The notes under the pieces were generated by a model. It worked only from the letters and a program-made list of their open reading frames with translations. It did no database searches and had not been told where the DNA came from. This document shows positions 1-9,319 of a stretch of DNA of 64,000 bases, piece after piece. Positions within the stretch are counted from its first letter, which is position 1; every line of letters starts with the position of its first letter. Location of the stretch: the NCBI GenBank assembly GCA_018712555.1, contig DVGT01000062.1, forward strand, positions 20,763 through 84,762, read 5' to 3'. The stretch is from Candidatus Faecimorpha stercoravium. GTDB lineage: Bacteria > Bacillota > Clostridia > Lachnospirales > Bianqueaceae. A program made the translations under genes and the position numbers.

Positions 1-2
1 AG

Positions 3-2069
3 GAGCGCGTGGTAAGACTGCAGGGAGACGTTTTAACTCGATATCTCCTTGTGGACTTTAATCCGGATGGACGGGGCTATCAAGCGACAGTAGAAAAAAT
101 AGAAGTACCAGAAGTCCCACCAGAAGAGGAACAAGCACTTAGGCGTGAATTGTATGAGAGCTTTGAGCAATACGCTGAAATAACAAGCATTGTGCCGCAA
201 ACGATGCTAAGGGCGATGTCTATTCGCCACGCCGGAGATATGGCGGATTTGATTGCGGCTAATTTGTCGGGAGAATATGAAGACAAATATGATATATATA
301 TGGAAATAGATCCCATGGAGCGTGCGCGGAAGGTCTATACTCTTTTAAAGAAGGAGAAAAAGATATCTCAATATAGAGCGCGCCTGCAAGCAGAAGTGGG
401 AAAGGAACTTCGAGAAATACAGAGAGAAAGCTTTCTGCGGGAAGAACTGCAAACGATACAGAGACAATTGGGAGAAGCAGATCAGGATGATTTGAGCGAT
501 GGACTCAATATGTTGCTGTTGGATCCTGGAATTCCGGCAGTGGTTAAGCAAAAGGTAGAATTTGAACAGAAACGTTTGAGAAAACTGCCGCCAATGTCAC
601 AGGAAGCTGGGCTGATTCAGGATTATCTGGATCGTATCGCAGAGATACCCTGGAAAAGTGAAAAAGATAGTTTTGGCATGCTGGACTGGATTGAAAAGCG
701 ATTGGATCGGGATCATTATGGCATGGAGAGAGTAAAGCGCCGTATTGTGGAGTTTGTGGCGGCGAAGACGCTGAAGCCGGATGTCAAGAGCCCGGTGCTC
801 TGTCTTGTCGGACCGCCGGGTGTTGGAAAAACATCAATCGCTTCCTCGATTGCCACGGTTTTAAACCGACCTTATGTGCGCGTCTCATTAGGTGGTGTGC
901 GGGATGAGGCAGAGATTCGCGGTCATAGACGAACTTATGTAGGGGCTATGCCGGGACGGATTGTCAGTGCGATGATTCAGGCCAAATCATCTAAACCGGT
1001 GATGCTTTTGGACGAGATTGATAAGATGGCCAGCGATCTGCGGGGAGATCCGACCGCAGCCTTGCTGGAGGTATTGGATCTGTCTTTGAACCATGAATTT
1101 CGAGATGCCTACACGGAATTGCCGTTGGATCTATCCAATGTGTTTTTTATTGCGACTGCGAATACGCTGGAAGGAATTCCGCTGCCATTGATGGATCGTA
1201 TGGAAATTATCGAGCTGGAAAGCTATTCCCGACAGGAAAAACTGGAAATTGCTACGAAATATCTATTGCCTAAGCAGCGAAAGGAATATGGGCTGAAGGT
1301 GTATCAGCTTAAACTTTCGCAGGATGCGCTGGAGAGGATCATTGCGGAATATACAAGAGAGGCCGGCGTACGGGAACTGGAACGTCTGATCGGTTCCTTA
1401 TGCCGTAAGGCGGCTCGCATGATTGTGGAAGGCTCGAAGAAGAGTCTGACTGTGACAGACAAGAATCTGGCGTCTCTGATGGATGAGCCTCCTGTGAAAG
1501 AAGATGATGAGAAGCGCAAGCCGGAATGTGGCGTTGTCAATGGATTGGCTTGGACATCTCTAGGCGGAGAAGTCTTGACAGTAGAGACAGCCGTACTGGA
1601 AGGCTCCGGGAAACTGGAGCTGACAGGGCAGATGGGCGATGTGATGAAAGAATCGGCACAGATTGCTTTGAGTGTGGTCCGCAGTCATGCGATTCCGGAA
1701 CGGGATGCTAAATACTATAAAGAGCATGATGTGCATGTACATATACCGGCAGGGGCTGTTCCTAAGGATGGACCTTCAGCAGGTGTGACACTGGCGACCG
1801 CGATGTATTCTGCGTTGTCAGGGCATGCGGTGCGCAGCGATCTGGCGATGACAGGGGAATTAAGTCTGCGGGGACGCGTACTGCCCATTGGCGGATTGAA
1901 GGAGAAGATTCTGGCGGCTCGTCAGAAGGGGATCCAGGAGGTTCTGGTACCGGATCTGAATCGACCGGATGTAGAGAAACTTCCGGATCATGTGACGGAA
2001 GGCATGGACATTCGTTATATGCAACATATCGACGAGGTGTGGAAAGAAGCCGTTCTCAGTCAGCCATAA
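3..2069 (+). CDS. lon: ATP-dependent Lon protease (5' partial, N-terminus off-window)
   Basis: The frame is open to the window edge. Motifs: Walker [10 protein letters not shown], Walker B LLDEIDK, catalytic-Ser motif PKDGPSAGV. By memory of Bacillus LonA, about 85 N-terminal residues are missing. Confidence 0.9.
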   Translation, partial: ERVVRLQGDVLTRYLLVDFNPDGRGYQATVEKIEVPEVPPEEEQALRRELYESFEQYAEITSIVPQTMLRAMSIRHAGDMADLIAANLSGEYEDKYDIYMEIDPMERARKVYTLLKKEKKISQYRARLQAEVGKELREIQRESFLREELQTIQRQLGEADQDDLSDGLNMLLLDPGIPAVVKQKVEFEQKRLRKLPPMSQEAGLIQDYLDRIAEIPWKSEKDSFGMLDWIEKRLDRDHYGMERVKRRIVEFVAAKTLKPDVKSPVLCLVGPPGVGKTSIASSIATVLNRPYVRVSLGGVRDEAEIRGHRRTYVGAMPGRIVSAMIQAKSSKPVMLLDEIDKMASDLRGDPTAALLEVLDLSLNHEFRDAYTELPLDLSNVFFIATANTLEGIPLPLMDRMEIIELESYSRQEKLEIATKYLLPKQRKEYGLKVYQLKLSQDALERIIAEYTREAGVRELERLIGSLCRKAARMIVEGSKKSLTVTDKNLASLMDEPPVKEDDEKRKPECGVVNGLAWTSLGGEVLTVETAVLEGSGKLELTGQMGDVMKESAQIALSVVRSHAIPERDAKYYKEHDVHVHIPAGAVPKDGPSAGVTLATAMYSALSGHAVRSDLAMTGELSLRGRVLPIGGLKEKILAARQKGIQEVLVPDLNRPDVEKLPDHVTEGMDIRYMQHIDEVWKEAVLSQP

Positions 2070-2086
2070 TAGAAAGGAAGGATATC

Positions 2087-2665
2087 ATGGAGATTAGTCG
2101 GGCAGAACTCAGTGCGGTAGCCGCGACGATTCCCCAGATTCCAAAACAGGAATTGCCGGAAATCGTATTTGCGGGGAAATCCAATGTGGGGAAGTCCTCA
2201 TTGATCAATAGTCTGGTCAACCGAAAATCGCTGGCGCGTACCAGTTCGCAGCCGGGGAAGACGAGAACGATGAATTTCTATAAGGTTCAGGAGCGATGGA
2301 TGTTTGTGGATCTTCCGGGATACGGATATGCGAAAACCGCTCGAGCAGAGCAAGAGCGGTTTTCAAAGGTGATTGATTATTATCTGACACACCGACAAGG
2401 TATCCGATATGTATTTCTGTTGGTGGATATCCGTCATGAGCCGGGGACGTTGGATATGACCATGTTGGAATGGGTGCGGCATCATGGGTACCAGCCGGTG
2501 ATCATTGCGACCAAAGCGGATAAGCTGAGCAAGGCACAGCAGCAGAAGCAACTATCAGTCTTGCGAAGGAGCATGTCCCTGACGTCAGAGGATCGAATCA
2601 TTCCATTCTCGGCATTGTCTAAACAGGGCAGGGATGAGATATGGACTCTCTTGGAGGAAGAATAG
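2087..2665 (+). CDS. engB: Ribosome-biogenesis GTPase EngB/YsxC
   Basis: G1 motif GKSNVGKSSLIN, DLPGYGY, TKADK. ATG at 2087 is preceded by RBS AAAGGAAGG (2073-2081). lon-engB synteny matches Bacillus. Confidence 0.9.
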   Translation: MEISRAELSAVAATIPQIPKQELPEIVFAGKSNVGKSSLINSLVNRKSLARTSSQPGKTRTMNFYKVQERWMFVDLPGYGYAKTARAEQERFSKVIDYYLTHRQGIRYVFLLVDIRHEPGTLDMTMLEWVRHHGYQPVIIATKADKLSKAQQQKQLSVLRRSMSLTSEDRIIPFSALSKQGRDEIWTLLEEE

Positions 2666-3196
2666 TCACTCCTCCTCGGCATTCATATCCCGGATCAGAT
2701 TACGATACAGGGTTAAACCCTTCTGTAGCCAGAGAATACGAATACGAGCAGCTTCTTCCTGAGTTCCCACATGGAAAACTAGCTCGAAGAGATGGGTATC
2801 ATAGTCGCGCACATAACAGGTAACGGTATATCGACCATCGGTTTCCTGATGCAAAGAGACATCCAGCCCCATCGTAGAGGGACGATCCATAGCGCCGAGT
2901 TCTGCGTATTCCAGGATTTCGCGGCGCAGGCTGTGAGGAATGCGGAGCTGAAACAGATTCAGTGTTTCGCAGCCCTTACGGGTGATATGATACAGGATGC
3001 GGTTATTTTCCTTGGTGGAAGAAAGCAATCCGGAATCTTCCAACTCAATAATATACTGATCCAACGAAAAATAATCCATATATTTATGGTACAAAACAAA
3101 GTCTGCCAGCTCAGAGCGGGAGATGCATCCCTTTTCCCGAAGGATATATAAAAGAATCAGCTTATTGAGCGTGAAATCGGAAGGATTACCAGACAT
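2666..3196 (-). CDS. DUF4364-like small winged-helix-type protein (function unknown)
   Basis: The N-terminus MSGNPSDFTLNKLILLYILREKG...LDQYIIELEDSGLL resembles the clostridial DUF4364 family (from memory). Start taken at M22 of the ORF (3196); the longer ORF start at 3259 has no support. Confidence 0.6.
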   Translation of the reverse strand: MSGNPSDFTLNKLILLYILREKGCISRSELADFVLYHKYMDYFSLDQYIIELEDSGLLSSTKENNRILYHITRKGCETLNLFQLRIPHSLRREILEYAELGAMDRPSTMGLDVSLHQETDGRYTVTCYVRDYDTHLFELVFHVGTQEEAARIRILWLQKGLTLYRNLIRDMNAEEE

Positions 3197-3344
3197 AACC
3201 AACACCTGCCTTTTGTATACTAACCGGAATCCCCGGCAATATATAATTGTATCGTACAACAGAGAATTTGTAAAGATAATTCTTGAAGCATTCCTCGTTA
3301 TATACCAATATTGTTGTAAAAAATCCAGAAAAGGAGAGAGTCAA

Positions 3345-4604
3345 ATGATTACACAGGCTCCCAGAGGGACCTATGACCTGTATGGAGAACAGGTTCGAAA
3401 ATGGCAGAGTATCGAAAAAACAATCGCACGTCTGATGGAGGATTTCCATTATGGAGAGATTCGTACGCCGATATTTGAGCATACGGAATTATTTCAGCGT
3501 GGTGTAGGAGATACTACGGATATTGTACAGAAGGAAATGTATACTTTTCTGGATAAAGGAAACCGAAGTATTACCCTGAAGCCGGAGGGGACAGCTGGAG
3601 CGGCCAGAGCCTTTCTGGAACACAAGATGTTTGCGGATCCGCAGCCAACAAAATTATATTATATTACCCCCTGCTTTCGTTATGAGAAGCCGCAGGCAGG
3701 GCGCGACCGCCAGTTTTCCCAGTTTGGCGTTGAGTTGTATGGATCGGCAGAAGCGGCGGCAGATGCAGAAGTGATTTCTGTTGCGTATGAATTATTAAAA
3801 CGCCTGGGGATTCATAATGTGACGCTGCACATCAATTCTTTAGGATGCAGAGAATGCCGTGCGAAATATAATCAAGAGTTGAGGGACTATTTTGAGCGCT
3901 ATAAGGACAGCCTGTGTGAGACCTGTAAAGAGCGTCTGGAACGAAATCCGCTGCGGATTTTAGATTGCAAGAATCCACAGTGTCGAGAGATTGTAGAAGG
4001 CGCCCCTTCTGTTCTGGATGCGTTGGACCAGGATTGCAGAGAGCATTTTGAGAAGGTACAGGCCTATCTTTCCGGAATGGGCATTCCATTTGTGGTAGAT
4101 CCGGAAATCGTACGCGGTTTGGATTATTATACGCGAACGGTATTTGAATTTGTCTGCGATGAGATCGGCGCTCAGGGCACTGTCTGTGCCGGCGGTCGGT
4201 ATGATCACCTGATCGAGGAGCTGGGTGGCAGTTCGGTCCCCGCTGTGGGCTTTGCTGCGGGCATTGGTAGGATGATCCTAGCGATGGAGGCCGCGAATGG
4301 GACGATGCAGACAGAGACACCCCTGGATCTTTATGTGGGAAGTATGGGAGAGAAGGCGTCTATAGAAGCGCTGTCTCTGGTATATCAGCTGCGTGCGCTG
4401 CATGTGAGTGCGGAATCGGATCTTCTCGGAAGAAGCGTTAAGGCACAGATGAAATACGCTAATAAGCGGGGCGCTCGTTATACGATGATCCTGGGCGAGA
4501 CAGAGCTTGAAACTGGGAAGGCATCTCTCAAAAATATGGAGAGCGGGGAAAGCGAGACCGTAGATTTTCGGAATATACAAGAGTGGAGGAATCAGTTGTC
4601 ATGA
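3345..4604 (+). CDS. hisS: Histidine--tRNA ligase
   Basis: 420 aa. Class II motifs include FRYEKPQAGRDRQFSQFGVE. ATG at 3345 follows RBS AAGGAGAGAG. The 74 codons upstream in the ORF are non-homologous. Confidence 0.93.
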   Translation: MITQAPRGTYDLYGEQVRKWQSIEKTIARLMEDFHYGEIRTPIFEHTELFQRGVGDTTDIVQKEMYTFLDKGNRSITLKPEGTAGAARAFLEHKMFADPQPTKLYYITPCFRYEKPQAGRDRQFSQFGVELYGSAEAAADAEVISVAYELLKRLGIHNVTLHINSLGCRECRAKYNQELRDYFERYKDSLCETCKERLERNPLRILDCKNPQCREIVEGAPSVLDALDQDCREHFEKVQAYLSGMGIPFVVDPEIVRGLDYYTRTVFEFVCDEIGAQGTVCAGGRYDHLIEELGGSSVPAVGFAAGIGRMILAMEAANGTMQTETPLDLYVGSMGEKASIEALSLVYQLRALHVSAESDLLGRSVKAQMKYANKRGARYTMILGETELETGKASLKNMESGESETVDFRNIQEWRNQLS

Positions 4605-6394
4605 CAGAAGAATCTTTGAATGGCCTGAAGCGCAGTATGTACTGTGGAGAGGTTCGGCCGGAACATGTGGGAAGGCACATTACCGTAATGGGATGGGTAC
4701 AGAAAGTACGGAATAAGGGAAGCCTGATTTTTATCGATGTTCGGGATCGAGCAGGAATCGTACAGGTCGTCCTATCAGAGGACAATGCGTCTCCTGCACT
4801 TTTAGAGCAGGCTTCCGCCTTGCGGACAGAGTTTGTGGTGGCCGTCAGCGGACAGGTGCAGCGCAGAGAGGGTGCTGTCAATGAGAAGCTGCCGACAGGG
4901 GAAGTGGAGATCGTGGCAGAACAGATTCATGTTCTCTCTGCGGCAAAGACAACACCGTTCCAGATTCTGGACGAGGTGGATACGCGGGAGGATCTTCGTC
5001 TGAAATATCGGTACCTCGACCTTCGTCGTCCTAAGATGCAGCATAATCTTTGGCTGCGGCATCAGGTGACGGCAGCCATTCGGAACTTCCTCAATCAGGA
5101 AGGATTCCTGGAGATCGAGACGCCCATGCTGATTAAGAGTACGCCGGAGGGAGCCAGAGATTATTTAGTGCCAAGCCGTGTGCATCCGGGGCATTTCTAT
5201 GCGTTGCCGCAATCGCCGCAGATGTATAAGCAGCTGCTGATGATCTCGGGGATGGATCGGTATTATCAGTTGGCGCGGTGTTTTAGAGACGAGGATCTGC
5301 GGGCAGACCGTCAGCCGGAATTTACACAGGTGGATATGGAGTTATCCTTTGTAGAAGAGGATGACATCATGGACGTGAATGAACGAATGATCGCCAAGGT
5401 GTTTCATGATGTGGCTGGCTGGGAGATCTCATTGCCTATGCGCCGTATGACATGGAACGAGGCGATGGACCGGTATGGTTCGGATAAGCCGGATCTGCGC
5501 TTTGGTATGGAGATTCAGGATGTCAGTGAGGTCGTATCTGGTTGTGGCTTTGGGGTCTTTGAATCGGCATTGGCTTCTGGCGGTGTTGTGCGTTGTCTGG
5601 TTGTGAAGGGACAGGCGGACATGCCCAGAAAGAAGATCGATGCCCTGGGCGAGGTAGCGAAATTATATCGTGCCAAGGGACTGGCCTGGATCGGCTTGCA
5701 TGAGGATGGAACCGTGAAGTCTCCGATTGCTAAATTCATGAGCGAAGAGAAGCTGCAGGAGATTGTGACTGCGGCCGGTGCTGAAAAGGGCGATCTGATC
5801 GTTTTCTGTGCAGATAAAAAGAAAATAGTCTGCGATGCATTGGGAAATGTACGCCTGCATCTGGGACATCAGCTGGATCTGATTGATCCGAATCATCATG
5901 AATTTCTATGGGTGACTCAGTTCCCCATGTTTGAGTACAGCGAAGAAGAGGGACGTTATATGGCGATGCATCATCCCTTTACGATGCCGTATGAAGAGGA
6001 TCTTGCGTACCTGTTTTCGGATCCGGGGCGTGTGCGTGCCAAGGCCTATGATATGGTGCTGGATGGTGTAGAGATGGGCGGCGGAAGCATCCGTATTCAT
6101 CGAAAGGATATTCAGGAAAAGGTATTTGAGGCGCTGGGATTCACGATGGAGGAAGCTATGGAGAAGTTTGGTTTCTTCCTAGAGGCGTTTTCTTATGGAG
6201 CACCGCCGCATGGAGGATTGGCCTTCGGACTGGATCGTATGATTATGCTTTTGTGCGGCACCGATAATATTCGGGAAGTCATCGCGTTCCCCAAGATTAA
6301 GGATGCGTCTTGCCTCATGAGCGAAGCTCCTTCTACAGTAGATGAGAAACAGCTTGAAGAATTGCACCTTATGCTGCGCGGGAAGAGCGAGTGA
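4601..6394 (+). CDS. aspS: Aspartate--tRNA ligase
   Basis: Motif FRDEDLRADRQPEFTQVD and OB-fold N-terminus. ATG at 4601 overlaps the hisS stop (ATGA), with RBS GGAGGA at 4585-4590. Confidence 0.93.
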   Translation: MTEESLNGLKRSMYCGEVRPEHVGRHITVMGWVQKVRNKGSLIFIDVRDRAGIVQVVLSEDNASPALLEQASALRTEFVVAVSGQVQRREGAVNEKLPTGEVEIVAEQIHVLSAAKTTPFQILDEVDTREDLRLKYRYLDLRRPKMQHNLWLRHQVTAAIRNFLNQEGFLEIETPMLIKSTPEGARDYLVPSRVHPGHFYALPQSPQMYKQLLMISGMDRYYQLARCFRDEDLRADRQPEFTQVDMELSFVEEDDIMDVNERMIAKVFHDVAGWEISLPMRRMTWNEAMDRYGSDKPDLRFGMEIQDVSEVVSGCGFGVFESALASGGVVRCLVVKGQADMPRKKIDALGEVAKLYRAKGLAWIGLHEDGTVKSPIAKFMSEEKLQEIVTAAGAEKGDLIVFCADKKKIVCDALGNVRLHLGHQLDLIDPNHHEFLWVTQFPMFEYSEEEGRYMAMHHPFTMPYEEDLAYLFSDPGRVRAKAYDMVLDGVEMGGGSIRIHRKDIQEKVFEALGFTMEEAMEKFGFFLEAFSYGAPPHGGLAFGLDRMIMLLCGTDNIREVIAFPKIKDASCLMSEAPSTVDEKQLEELHLMLRGKSE

Positions 6395-6431
6395 AAACAG
6401 GCATAAGAAAATAGATATAGGCATAAAAAAA

Positions 6432-6464
6432 ATTCGACGCAGAATCATTCATTCTGCGTCGAAT
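6432..6464. terminator. Bidirectional hairpin terminator between aspS and the convergent HPr-like gene
   Basis: Perfect 14-bp arms ATTCGACGCAGAAT / ATTCTGCGTCGAAT with a 5-nt loop. An A-run lies upstream. Confidence 0.7.
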
Positions 6465-6483
6465 CATGCATTGCAAGTGGTGA

Positions 6484-6729
6484 TCAGGTATGATCCTGGT
6501 CTACCAAATAGGGGCTTAGCAGCTGCAGGCAATGATCTGCCTGTGCGTCATCGTGAATATCCAGGCGCAGCGGCTGACTCAGATCGAGGCTAAAGATTCC
6601 CATGATGGACTTAGCATCGACTACGTATCGGCCGACAACCAGATCCAGATCCCCTTCAATATGTGTTGTAGTGCTGACAAAGTTCTTGACTTTATCGATG
6701 GAATTCAGCAAAATATAAACGGATTTCAT
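6484..6729 (-). CDS. HPr-fold protein lacking the His15 site
   Basis: 81 aa. It keeps the Ser46-region motif DAKSIMGIFSL, but no GxHARPA-type His is present near residue 15. Confidence 0.6.
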   Translation of the reverse strand: MKSVYILLNSIDKVKNFVSTTTHIEGDLDLVVGRYVVDAKSIMGIFSLDLSQPLRLDIHDDAQADHCLQLLSPYLVDQDHT

Positions 6730-6831
6730 GCAAAGTCCTCCTTATGGATAGTCATGCCCATTTCACAATGGGCCTTCATTAATCTTAGAATTTTTTTGGC
6801 AGATTGTCAACAACTATTTTTGGAAAAAAGA

Positions 6832-6860
6832 TTGTAAAATCAAAAAAAATCCGATATAAT
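6832..6860 (+). promoter_or_regulatory. Sigma-A type promoter upstream of mtaB
   Basis: TTGTAA (6832-6837), 17-nt spacer, TATAAT (6855-6860). Confidence 0.5.
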
Positions 6861-6882
6861 ATGATAATAGGAGAAGAATCGT

Positions 6883-8190
6883 ATGAGAGTGGCTCTGTAT
6901 ACGTTAGGCTGTAAAGTGAACAGCTATGAGACGGACAAGATCCGGGAAACTTTTCAATCAGAGGGGGTAGTCATTGTTCCTTTTACAGAATTGGCGGATG
7001 TCTATATAGTCAATACCTGTACGGTAACACAAATGGCAGCTAAGAAATCTCGTCAGATTCTTCACCGGGCCAGAAGGCTGAACCCTGAAGCGCTCATCGT
7101 GGCGACGGGCTGTTTTGTGCAGGCGGGAGGAGAGGGGATGCCGGAAGGCGCTGTGGATCTCTATGTGAGCAATGCAGACAAGTCCCAATTGGTTCAGAGG
7201 GTGTATGACGCTATGCGGGATCGGACGATGCTGAGCGATTCCATACAGGCGGCAGAAGAGGGGACAAGGGGACATACTCGAGCATTTCTGAAGATTCAGG
7301 ATGGATGCCGCCAGTATTGTTCATACTGTATCATCCCTTATGTGAGAGGACCGCTCCAGAGCCGAGAGCCGGAAGACGTTCTGGCAGAAGTCAGGCATCT
7401 GGTGTCTCAAGGATATAAGGAACTGGTCTTAACGGGAATTCATCTGAGCTCCTATGGACGGCAGGGTACTCTTGCGGATCCGAATGTACAGATCACGTTA
7501 GGCCAGCTGATACAGCGCCTGAATGAAGTAGAAGGGCTTGCGCGGATTCGGCTGGGCTCCCTGGAGCCAGGGCTGATTACGGAGGCATATCTGGAGGAGA
7601 TCGCGCAATCCAGTAAGCTGTGCCCCCATTATCATCTGTCACTGCAAAGCGGTTGTGCGAGGACATTGCGTGCAATGAACCGGCGGTATACACCGGATGA
7701 ATACGCACAGGCTGTAGAACGTCTGCGGCGTTTCCGACCGGAGACGGCGATTACAACAGATCTGATTGTAGGCTTTCCCGGAGAGACAGAAGAAGATTTT
7801 GAAGAATCGTTAGCCTTTTTACGACAGATTGGTTTTTCACAGGTGCATGTGTTCAAGTATTCTAAGCGGGATGGAACGGTGGCCGCAAGGCGGAAGGATC
7901 AAGTCCCGGAAGACGTGAAGCATGCGCGCAGTGAGAAGGCCATCCGGGTGGCGGAAGATTTATCTTGGCAGTTTGCTTCTCGTTTTATCGGATCGGTTCG
8001 GGAAGTTTTGCTGGAGGAACCCTGGGAACGGGGATGGGAAGGATATACAGATCATTACATTCGCACCCTGGTGGAAGAGGAGAAAACATCGGGGCGGCGG
8101 ATACTTTCGGAAAACCAGATTGTACCTGTACAATTTCAGAGCTGCATACGACAGGGCGGCGAGATATACTTGAAAGGAGTGATTACGTAA
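6883..8190 (+). CDS. mtaB: tRNA (N6-threonylcarbamoyladenosine) methylthiotransferase MtaB (radical SAM)
   Basis: N-terminus VALYTLGCKVNSYETD, radical-SAM CRQYCSYC, C-terminal TRAM-like region. Size of 435 aa fits MtaB/YqeV rather than MiaB. Confidence 0.85.
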   Translation: MRVALYTLGCKVNSYETDKIRETFQSEGVVIVPFTELADVYIVNTCTVTQMAAKKSRQILHRARRLNPEALIVATGCFVQAGGEGMPEGAVDLYVSNADKSQLVQRVYDAMRDRTMLSDSIQAAEEGTRGHTRAFLKIQDGCRQYCSYCIIPYVRGPLQSREPEDVLAEVRHLVSQGYKELVLTGIHLSSYGRQGTLADPNVQITLGQLIQRLNEVEGLARIRLGSLEPGLITEAYLEEIAQSSKLCPHYHLSLQSGCARTLRAMNRRYTPDEYAQAVERLRRFRPETAITTDLIVGFPGETEEDFEESLAFLRQIGFSQVHVFKYSKRDGTVAARRKDQVPEDVKHARSEKAIRVAEDLSWQFASRFIGSVREVLLEEPWERGWEGYTDHYIRTLVEEEKTSGRRILSENQIVPVQFQSCIRQGGEIYLKGVIT

Positions 8191-8468
8191 TGGATCGAAA
8201 TACAAAGTATTTTAACGTAGTTTCCGACGATAGCAATCCGGTGCGCAGTGCGCTTGTGGATGTATACCGGGCATTGCAGAAAAAAGGCTATAATCCTGTG
8301 AATCAAATCGTTGGTTATATTATGTCCGATGATCCTACGTATATCACCAGCTATCAGAATGCCAGAAGCCGTATCGCACGCTTGACAAGAGATGAGATCT
8401 TGGAAGAATTGGTGAAGACCTTTATAGAGGCAAATCACTTAGACGATCAGGAGGAATCCAGATCTTGA
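8190..8468 (+). CDS. IreB/UPF0297 family protein (YrzL-like)
   Basis: 92 aa; VYRALQKKGYNPVNQIVGYIMSDDPTYITS is the UPF0297 hallmark. The ATG overlaps the mtaB stop. Confidence 0.8.
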   Translation: MDRNTKYFNVVSDDSNPVRSALVDVYRALQKKGYNPVNQIVGYIMSDDPTYITSYQNARSRIARLTRDEILEELVKTFIEANHLDDQEESRS

Positions 8469-8917
8469 GAATTATGGGACTTGATTTTGGAGCCAAGACG
8501 ACGGGAATCGCGATGAGCGATCCCGGTTGCATGCTGGCATCGCCGGTGGAGACGGTGTTTCGGGAGGAAGAAGAAAACCTGAAGCAAACAGTGCGCCGGA
8601 TTCGGCAGTTGGCAGAAGAAAACGATGTACACACGATTGTATTAGGACTGCCGAAGAATATGAATAATACATTGGGAGAGCGAGCGGAAAAGACGCTGGC
8701 TTTTAAGCGCCGTCTGGAGAGGGATTTGTATCAGGTGGAAGTCCTGTTGTGGGATGAACGTCTGAGTACCCGGATGGCGGAGAAACCTCTGCTGGAAAGA
8801 GGATTGGACAGGCATAAGCGCAAACAGGTCGTGGATCAGATTGCGGCAGTCTATATTTTGCAGGGGTACCTGGACGCAAGAAAGACCCAGGGTGAGAATG
8901 AGGAATCGATCCGTTGA
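8465..8917 (+). CDS. ruvX: Holliday junction resolvase-like RuvX/YqgF
   Basis: MRIMGLDFGAKTTGIAMSD N-terminus. TTG start at 8465, with an alternative ATG at 8474. Confidence 0.88.
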   Translation: MRIMGLDFGAKTTGIAMSDPGCMLASPVETVFREEEENLKQTVRRIRQLAEENDVHTIVLGLPKNMNNTLGERAEKTLAFKRRLERDLYQVEVLLWDERLSTRMAEKPLLERGLDRHKRKQVVDQIAAVYILQGYLDARKTQGENEESIR

Positions 8918-8960
8918 AGGCGGTTAGATCATAAATTAAATCAAAAAGGAGGTTGAGGGT

Positions 8961-9317
8961 ATGGAGGAAATCAGAGTGGTTACACTCTATGATGAGGAAA
9001 CTGATACCCAGAAGGACTTTGAACTGGCGGGGTGCTGTGAGCTGGATGGCAAGACGTACTGGATGCTGGCCGAATTGCCGGAAGAGAAAACAGAATCCGG
9101 TATGCAGGACGATGATGACGACGAGGACGTGGAAGAAAGCAAAGCGTATCTGTTTCGCCTTTGTGATCGGTCAGAGGCTGAGTTTACTGTCATTGAGGGA
9201 GATCGGGAGCAGTATGTCACTATTGAAAAAATAAGTGATGAGGAATATGACCGGGTCGTTCAGATTTTTATTCAGTCCGATGAGTTTGACCTGGAAATTG
9301 AGGAAGAAGAGGTGTAA
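8961..9317 (+). CDS. DUF1292/UPF0473 protein (YrzB-like)
   Basis: Acidic 118-aa protein. Its position after ireB-ruvX reproduces the Bacillus yrzL-yrrK-yrzB order. Confidence 0.75.
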   Translation: MEEIRVVTLYDEETDTQKDFELAGCCELDGKTYWMLAELPEEKTESGMQDDDDDEDVEESKAYLFRLCDRSEAEFTVIEGDREQYVTIEKISDEEYDRVVQIFIQSDEFDLEIEEEEV

Positions 9318-9319
9318 CT

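Noticed and set aside
3123-3344. Extended hisS ORF start, and a possible T-box leader upstream of hisS-aspS
   Set aside because: The first 74 codons are non-homologous, and the ATG at 3345 has a strong RBS. The 148-nt intergenic region contains no T-box core (no GGTGGTACCGCG-like sequence), no specifier-loop architecture and no terminator/antiterminator pair.
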